Virus record (IMG/VR): IMGVR_UViG_3300006749_000011
Span: 21,818 to 85,817 of that record
Origin: a virus
Direction: 5' to 3' (one strand)
Length of the DNA stretch: 64,000 nucleotides
Shown here piece after piece: positions 58,778 to 64,000 of this stretch. The position numbers and the translations under genes were made by a program. The notes under the pieces are model-generated. The model saw only the letters and a list, made by a program, of their open reading frames with translations, ran no database searches and had not been told where the DNA came from. Position 1 is the stretch's first letter; every line of letters starts with the position of its first letter.

Positions 58778-59851
58778 ATGTCATATAAATTTTCAAAAGG
58801 ATCTCAAATTATCGGAGACCTAAAAGCAGCCGATGATACACAAAGAGACACTAAGATAGATTTCGGAGAGGACTATATTGGTTTAGAAACCAGCGGCTCA
58901 GTAAGGATGGTCATATCTGGTTCTGATGGTAAAGTTGGTATAGGAACTGCTACACCAGATTACACACTTGATGTGGCTGGTGACATTGGAGTTAATCAAT
59001 ATATCTATCACAACGGTGATGCTAACACATGGATAAATTTTACTGATAATAGAATAAGACTTAATGCAGGTGGTAACAATTTCATAGATTGTGAAGATCC
59101 CGGTAGTGCTCCTCATAAAGTTAGAATTAATAATGGTGGTAATAATATTGACTTTGTTATCAAAGATAATAGCGGTAATGTATATTTTACAGCTGATGCC
59201 TCTACTTCTAAGATAGGTATAGGCACGGACACACCCTCTCATAAACTTGATGTTGACGGAGATATAAGAGTGAGAGGAAATGATATAAGAGATAATTCAG
59301 GAAACCCTGCTATTACCTTTGATGGTTCGGCTAACACATCAATAGTTAATGACTTAACAGTTGGTGGAAATGTTTTCGATGCTAACAACAAAAGTGTTAT
59401 AAAACTTATAGACCATGGTGCTTGTGTAATTGACGAATCTAACTCTAATGAAAGATTTTTACCAGATGATATTTTCCATGACTACAATGGTTCTAACCTG
59501 TACACTACGAATGCTCCACCGTTTAGTGGAAGTGTTGATAAGTTAGTAGTTAGAGGTGTTAATAATTCTGATTTATCACTTTTGGGTAATCTAACAGCAA
59601 AAGTTAGAATTGCAGGAGAAGGCACAGATGGATATGACGTAGACACTGATAACCACTGTTCGAACATAGAAAGTGTTACAATAAACAGCTCAGACCTTGG
59701 ACCAAACAAAAACTGTGTTTTTAATTTTACTGGTTCTAATTTTACGCCACAAGACATATATGCTATTACCTTAACCCCAACCAACAATTGGAACAACGGT
59801 GGAGATAAGTATATAAACTTTACGATAGTGACCTCTTATATTATTGATTAA
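58778..59851 (+). CDS. Fibre-like virion protein
   Basis: AAGGAG RBS; N-terminus MSYKFSKG...LKAADD resembles MAYKFQRG...IKAED (57048); two K(V/I)GIGTxTPxxxLDVxGDI repeats. Confidence 0.65.
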   Translation: MSYKFSKGSQIIGDLKAADDTQRDTKIDFGEDYIGLETSGSVRMVISGSDGKVGIGTATPDYTLDVAGDIGVNQYIYHNGDANTWINFTDNRIRLNAGGNNFIDCEDPGSAPHKVRINNGGNNIDFVIKDNSGNVYFTADASTSKIGIGTDTPSHKLDVDGDIRVRGNDIRDNSGNPAITFDGSANTSIVNDLTVGGNVFDANNKSVIKLIDHGACVIDESNSNERFLPDDIFHDYNGSNLYTTNAPPFSGSVDKLVVRGVNNSDLSLLGNLTAKVRIAGEGTDGYDVDTDNHCSNIESVTINSSDLGPNKNCVFNFTGSNFTPQDIYAITLTPTNNWNNGGDKYINFTIVTSYIID

Positions 59852-59914
59852 GTCTTTTCTTTATTGTTAAACTATTTATTGTGATAAACGTTTATTTAAA
59901 AAAGGAGAGTATAG

Positions 59915-60955
59915 ATGTCATCTATGTTGGAACAAGCAATTGTTGATGCAAAGGCTCTAAAAGAAGCTGCATTAAAAAATGCCGAACAGGCAGTAATTGA
60001 TAAATATTCATCTGAGATCAAAGCTGCTGTTGAGTCGTTATTGGAAAATGATGATTCTGGTAAAGAAGTTCTTGAAGAAGAAGTAAGAGCCCCATTAGCC
60101 GCAGGACCAGAAGAGAATGAACAGCAAGATGTTGATGTTGTTTTAGATTATGAATTCAATCCTGATGACTTTGACATTACTTTAAGTGCAGCAAAGACAA
60201 AAGAGGATAAGGAACAAGATGCACAAAATGCATCAATAGAGGAGCCTGCTGTACCTCCTGCGCCTGCGGGAGAAGAAACTGGTGGTGATGCACTGGGTGG
60301 CCTTGAAGGCCTCTTAGAAGAGGGAATAGAAGAAGAAGACGATGATGATTTATTAAGTGAAATTCTTGCGCTTCTTGATGAGGAAGAAGATGAAAAGATT
60401 TTAGATGAATCTCTTGTTGTTGATGTTGATGAAGTTAAGCATGGTCATGTTGTAACAGACAATGGAGCAAGAAAATATGATGCCGAGTTAGCAATGGCAA
60501 AACAAGAATCTTCAGCATATAAAGAAGAAGCTGAAGAGTTAGAAAAACAGGTTGGAGAATTGAATAATTCCATCCTCATGTATCAGAACAAGCAAGACAA
60601 ATTAAGAACTGTTCTTGATGACATGAAAGGTAAGTTAGAAGAAATGGTTATACAAAATGCTAGATTAATTTATAGCAATAAAGTTTTACGCGATGCCTCC
60701 TTGAATGAGCGACAAAAATCAAAAATTGTTGAAGCCATCGCTAAGGCAGAGACTTTGAAAGAAGCAAAAACTCTTTATCAAACTCTTAAAGAAACTACAG
60801 TGGGAACACCTAAACAGCGTGGACCAAAATCACTTAGTGAGTCGGTACAGAGAAAGCAAGTTCTTTCCGCACATCTGCCGCGTCGCAAGCAAGAAAATAT
60901 AGTTCAGGAGCAATCTTTTGCTTCGAGAATGAAAAAACTTGCTGGCATAGACTAA
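59915..60955 (+). CDS. Prohead core/scaffolding protein (gp22-like)
   Basis: Highly acidic coiled coil with many LxE sites; directly upstream of the MCP. Confidence 0.8.
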   Translation: MSSMLEQAIVDAKALKEAALKNAEQAVIDKYSSEIKAAVESLLENDDSGKEVLEEEVRAPLAAGPEENEQQDVDVVLDYEFNPDDFDITLSAAKTKEDKEQDAQNASIEEPAVPPAPAGEETGGDALGGLEGLLEEGIEEEDDDDLLSEILALLDEEEDEKILDESLVVDVDEVKHGHVVTDNGARKYDAELAMAKQESSAYKEEAEELEKQVGELNNSILMYQNKQDKLRTVLDDMKGKLEEMVIQNARLIYSNKVLRDASLNERQKSKIVEAIAKAETLKEAKTLYQTLKETTVGTPKQRGPKSLSESVQRKQVLSAHLPRRKQENIVQEQSFASRMKKLAGID

Positions 60956-60978
60956 TTTTATATAAAGGAGAAAATGAT

Positions 60979-62901
60979 ATGTCTATAATTCAAAAATTAT
61001 CAGAAGGCATCGTAAATCGTGATTTGAAAAAGGAAGGTCAAGCTCTACTCACTAAGTGGGAAGCTACCGGACTTCTTGAGGGTATTGATACCCAACAAGG
61101 CAAGCACAATATGGCGCGTCTTCTAGAAAATCAAGCGAAGGAACTTCTTCGCGAATCTAACGCAATGTCAAACGGACAGGTTGAAGGTTTTGCAACTGTT
61201 GCATTCCCAATCGTTCGTCGCGTTTTTGCAGGTTTGATTGCTAACGATTTGGTATCGGTTCAACCGATGTCTCTTCCTAGTGGTCTTATCTTCTTCCTTG
61301 ACTTTGTTTACTCACCAAGAATTGGTGATAACAACGTTACTGATGCTGGTAGTGCTCAAAATGGTCGTATGGGTAACCGTGCTTCAAAATCAATTTATGG
61401 TACAAACCAAGTCGGTTCAGAAGTAATCAATGGTGTTGATCTTGTCAACAATACCAACAAATCCGGATTTAGTGGTCCTGGTCGTGATGGTATGGTTGGT
61501 TATGGCTATGCTAACGCAACAGCTTCTAGTGATCAGGTTAGTGCTGGTGCAGCTAATATGAAAGTACAAACTTTCTTGTTGGATGGTGCCGTATCTGAAA
61601 CTCGTAAAAAATTAATTAAGTACGATCCTGATCTTTTGGCTCAAACAGACAGCTCGAGAGGTGTTATTGTTTTAGATATTGCTAAAAGTGCAATTACTTC
61701 TTCTCTCGGACCAGCTGATTTTGATAACTTAGCTGCTTTTGAGCTACAAGGCCTTATAGCAGATGGAACTAACGCCAATAATCTTCTTGCAACGTTAGCC
61801 GCTAACAGCTCTGGAATCACTTCTGGTTCTGCTACATCAACCGGTTTGATTGCAGATCACAGTATTGCTCAAGTTAGACGCTTGTCAAGTGTTGTTAAGG
61901 ATGCTGCTGATTCTTATACTTTAACAGCTGGGTCTGGTGACTCTGTTCGTTTTGTAATCTCTGCTGGTAGTTCTGTTGTTACAGCTGCTTCGGCTGCTGC
62001 TCATGGTTCTGATGACTTGGAAGCTGCTGCTATTATCTTCCCAGTTAGAGATCAGTTTGGTGTAAACTCTGGTGCTACTTTAGGTGTTATTGATGACTTC
62101 AACTTCCCATTTGAAGGAAACGGCGACATGCCAGAAATCGACATCAAAGTTGATTCAATCGCGATCACAGCTCAAACCAAAAAGCTTAAAGCTAAGTGGA
62201 CACCTGAGTTGGGACAAGACTTGAATGCTTATCACAACCTTGATGCCGAGGTAGAACTTACATCGATTCTTTCTGAGCAAATTGCTTTGGAAATTGACCG
62301 TGAGTTACTTGCTGATCTTGTAAATGGTGCAACTGCTGCAACATATTACTGGTCTCGTGCTCCTGGGCTTTTTGTAAATCGCCAAACTGGTGCTGAGCTT
62401 GGTGCTTCTTCTGCTGCTCCTGACTTTACAGGAACTGTTTCAGAATGGTATGAAACTCTTATTGAAACCATTAATGACGTTTCTGCACAAATCCACTTGA
62501 AGACACTTCGTGGTGGAGCTAACTATGTAGTTTGTTCTCCTGAAGTTGCTAATATTTTAGAATTTACTTCTGGATATCGTGCAAACGTTACGGCTGATGC
62601 TGACAAGGGAACCATTGGTGCCGTTAAGGTTGGTTCTCTTTCTCGTAAGTTTGACATCATCGTTGATCCTTACTTCCCAAGAAATGCTATTCTTGTTGGA
62701 CGTAAAGGCGGTTCTTTCTTAGAATCAGGATACGTTTATGCTCCTTACGTTCCACTACAAACAACACCTACAATCTTCGGTGTTGAGGACTTTGTGCCAC
62801 GTAAAGGCGTAATGACTCGATACGGTAAGAAGATGGTTCGTCCTGATATGTACGGTCTTGTAATTGTTCGTGGTCTTACAGGTGAAGAAGGTTCTTCCTA
62901 A
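60979..62901 (+). CDS. Major capsid protein (T4 gp23-like)
   Basis: LLENQ, FPIVRRVF, VSVQPMSLPSG, KKLKAKWTPELGQDLNAYHNLDAEVEL...EIDRE, GYVYAPYVPL, PRKGVMTRYG. Confidence 0.97.
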   Translation: MSIIQKLSEGIVNRDLKKEGQALLTKWEATGLLEGIDTQQGKHNMARLLENQAKELLRESNAMSNGQVEGFATVAFPIVRRVFAGLIANDLVSVQPMSLPSGLIFFLDFVYSPRIGDNNVTDAGSAQNGRMGNRASKSIYGTNQVGSEVINGVDLVNNTNKSGFSGPGRDGMVGYGYANATASSDQVSAGAANMKVQTFLLDGAVSETRKKLIKYDPDLLAQTDSSRGVIVLDIAKSAITSSLGPADFDNLAAFELQGLIADGTNANNLLATLAANSSGITSGSATSTGLIADHSIAQVRRLSSVVKDAADSYTLTAGSGDSVRFVISAGSSVVTAASAAAHGSDDLEAAAIIFPVRDQFGVNSGATLGVIDDFNFPFEGNGDMPEIDIKVDSIAITAQTKKLKAKWTPELGQDLNAYHNLDAEVELTSILSEQIALEIDRELLADLVNGATAATYYWSRAPGLFVNRQTGAELGASSAAPDFTGTVSEWYETLIETINDVSAQIHLKTLRGGANYVVCSPEVANILEFTSGYRANVTADADKGTIGAVKVGSLSRKFDIIVDPYFPRNAILVGRKGGSFLESGYVYAPYVPLQTTPTIFGVEDFVPRKGVMTRYGKKMVRPDMYGLVIVRGLTGEEGSS

Positions 62902-62931
62902 TCTTTGATTAGTTGAATTTATTCATCATGA

Positions 62932-62960
62932 GAGCCCCTTGGATTTTCCTTGGGGCTTTT
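62932..62960 (+). terminator. Intrinsic terminator after MCP
   Basis: GAGCCCC...GGGGCTTTT. Confidence 0.8.
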
Positions 62961-62973
62961 CTATTTTTGAAAA

Positions 62974-62980
62974 CTATTTA
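62974..62980 (+). promoter_or_regulatory. Putative late-promoter motif CTATTTA (representative copy)
   Basis: Also at 28846, 29391, 34290, 40364, 45792, 48740, 56981, 58754, 59872 and 63958, each upstream of a + strand gene start. Confidence 0.7.
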
Positions 62981-62992
62981 TTACGACTTGAA

Positions 62993-63064
62993 TTCTGGTC
63001 TCCTTTGAGCGAGGCCCCTGCTCACTGTCTCTACCGGAATGGGGCTGGTAGAAACTGACCAGAA
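62993..63064 (+). ncRNA. Candidate structured cis-regulatory RNA (three-way junction with kissing loops)
   Basis: P1 TTCTGGTC/GACCAGAA, P2 TGAGC/GCTCA, P3 TCTACCGG/CTGGTAGA, loop-loop CCCC/GGGG; GC-rich island in a 5' UTR. Confidence 0.55.
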
Positions 63065-63098
63065 AACAGGTCCATAATTTTAATAAGGAGAATATATT

Positions 63099-63677
63099 AT
63101 GGGAAATAGAAGAATTGGTCGTAAAAGACTTAAGGCTCTCTCGTCAAGAGGTGTCACTGATACAATTACAGCAGGAGCAAGCTCTGCAACTGTAACACGT
63201 CAAACAACTATGAGAATTGGTAACAAAATCATTACTGAAATTAGTGTTGATTTGGCTTCTAACACTAATGCTAGCAACACCAGCGCCGATACAATAATTG
63301 GTAAATCTGGTGCTACTGAGAATTGCTTTATTGCAGAAATCTCTCAGTCTATTCATGGACTTATAACTTATGCTGAACTGGCTTGTTTAGAAGTTCCAGG
63401 TACTGGAGTAGTTGACATTAATGTAGTACTCGGCTCCGCTAGTGATGACAATCAAGCTGCGGCTGTGTCTGGTACTGTAACTCTTATTGATAGTAATGCT
63501 GATCTCACTAAGGGATCTCGTGTTGGTGCAGCAGTAACTGAAGTAGATTATGACTCTGAAACTAAAAAGTATCTCTATCTTACTAGTGGTAAGTCTGGAA
63601 CTACTGGTACATACACGACTGGTAAGTTGCTCATCACTCTAGAAGGTATTGCAACAGATGCAGTACCAGATGCATAA
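63099..63677 (+). CDS. Probable head decoration protein with Arg-rich N-terminus
   Basis: AAGGAG RBS; MGNRRIGRKRLKAL then a beta-rich body; follows MCP. Confidence 0.6.
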   Translation: MGNRRIGRKRLKALSSRGVTDTITAGASSATVTRQTTMRIGNKIITEISVDLASNTNASNTSADTIIGKSGATENCFIAEISQSIHGLITYAELACLEVPGTGVVDINVVLGSASDDNQAAAVSGTVTLIDSNADLTKGSRVGAAVTEVDYDSETKKYLYLTSGKSGTTGTYTTGKLLITLEGIATDAVPDA

Positions 63678-63691
63678 TAAGGAGAATTATC

Positions 63692-63865
63692 ATGAGTTTT
63701 AGTAATTATATTATATCACAAGCAGGTAAAAAAGCAGAAGAAGCTAAACGCAAAGCAGAGGCGGAAGCCGAAGCAAAGCGTAAAGCCGCTGAAGCTAAGA
63801 AAAAAGCTGCTGCAAAGAAAAAAGCCGAAGCTGCAAAGAAAAAAGCGGCTTCTTCAAAGGAGTAG
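63692..63865 (+). CDS. 57-aa Lys/Ala-rich basic protein (not in the ORF track)
   Basis: AAGGAG RBS; MSFSNYIISQAGKKAEEAKRKAEAEAEAKRKAAEAKKKAAAKKKAEAAKKKAASSKE. Confidence 0.75.
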   Translation: MSFSNYIISQAGKKAEEAKRKAEAEAEAKRKAAEAKKKAAAKKKAEAAKKKAASSKE

Positions 63866-63913
63866 ACTAGTTACCTTGTATAGTTAACGCACATGTGTTA
63901 GTCCTCCGCTCTT

Positions 63914-63949
63914 GCCCCTTGCTCTCCAATTGCTTGGGGCTTTTCTTTT
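63914..63949 (+). terminator. Intrinsic terminator
   Basis: GCCCC...GGGGC then TTTTCTTTT. Confidence 0.7.
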
Positions 63950-63985
63950 GTCTAAAACTATTTAAAGGGAACGGAGGCTCTATGT

Positions 63986-64000
63986 ATGTCATTACCCACT
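63986..64000 (+). CDS. Start of next gene (MSLPT..., 3'-partial)
   Basis: CTATTTA late motif, GGAGG RBS, ATG. Confidence 0.5.

Noticed and set aside
62993-63064. Hammerhead ribozyme (three stems, CTG and GAAA present)
   Set aside because: Core reads CUGUCUC rather than CUGANGA; catalytic consensus not met
1-64000. Alternative genetic code (TAG/TGA reassignment), as in some large phages
   Set aside because: Core genes are full-length in code 11, and both TAG and TGA end genes at sensible positions
1-64000. tRNA genes, CRISPR arrays, integrase/transposase, DGR
   Set aside because: Intergenic gaps are short; no cloverleaf, spaced repeat array, recombinase or reverse transcriptase recognised by eye

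Overview
A 64-kb AT-rich segment of a large T4-like myovirus genome, apparently of the bS21-encoding large-phage type. Essentially every real gene is on the + strand, in standard genetic code. Order: baseplate/tail block (gp25-like, gp6-like, giant gp7-like LamG protein, fibre-attachment paralogues; 1-28.3 kb); recombination/replication block (RuvC-like resolvase, HAD nucleotidase, gp61-like primase, fused Mre11-Rad50; 28.3-34.3 kb); possible holin/spanin genes; head block (TerL, portal, prohead protease, ribosomal protein bS21, fibre/decoration proteins, scaffold, gp23-like major capsid; 38.7-62.9 kb). Main finding: about nine unrelated proteins share short N-terminal leaders (MKITxxQLxxIIKEELxxxLxE or MxLIMExWxxxxxE) that end at an L/I-x-E prohead-protease-type site exactly where the catalytic domain starts. 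This suggests a capsid-targeted, co-injected enzyme payload. Next to the protease gene the payload includes an RNA end-healing set: 2H phosphoesterase, P-loop polynucleotide-kinase-like enzyme, and a HAD phosphatase reachable only by a -1 shift from a protein-kinase-like ORF. Also seen: promoter-bounded cargo cassettes, a CTATTTA late-promoter motif, a pseudoknotted 5'-UTR RNA with an anti-SD, and strong [ST]-[GAS]-S enrichment in virion proteins. Functional calls rest on motifs recognised by eye; no database searches were run.
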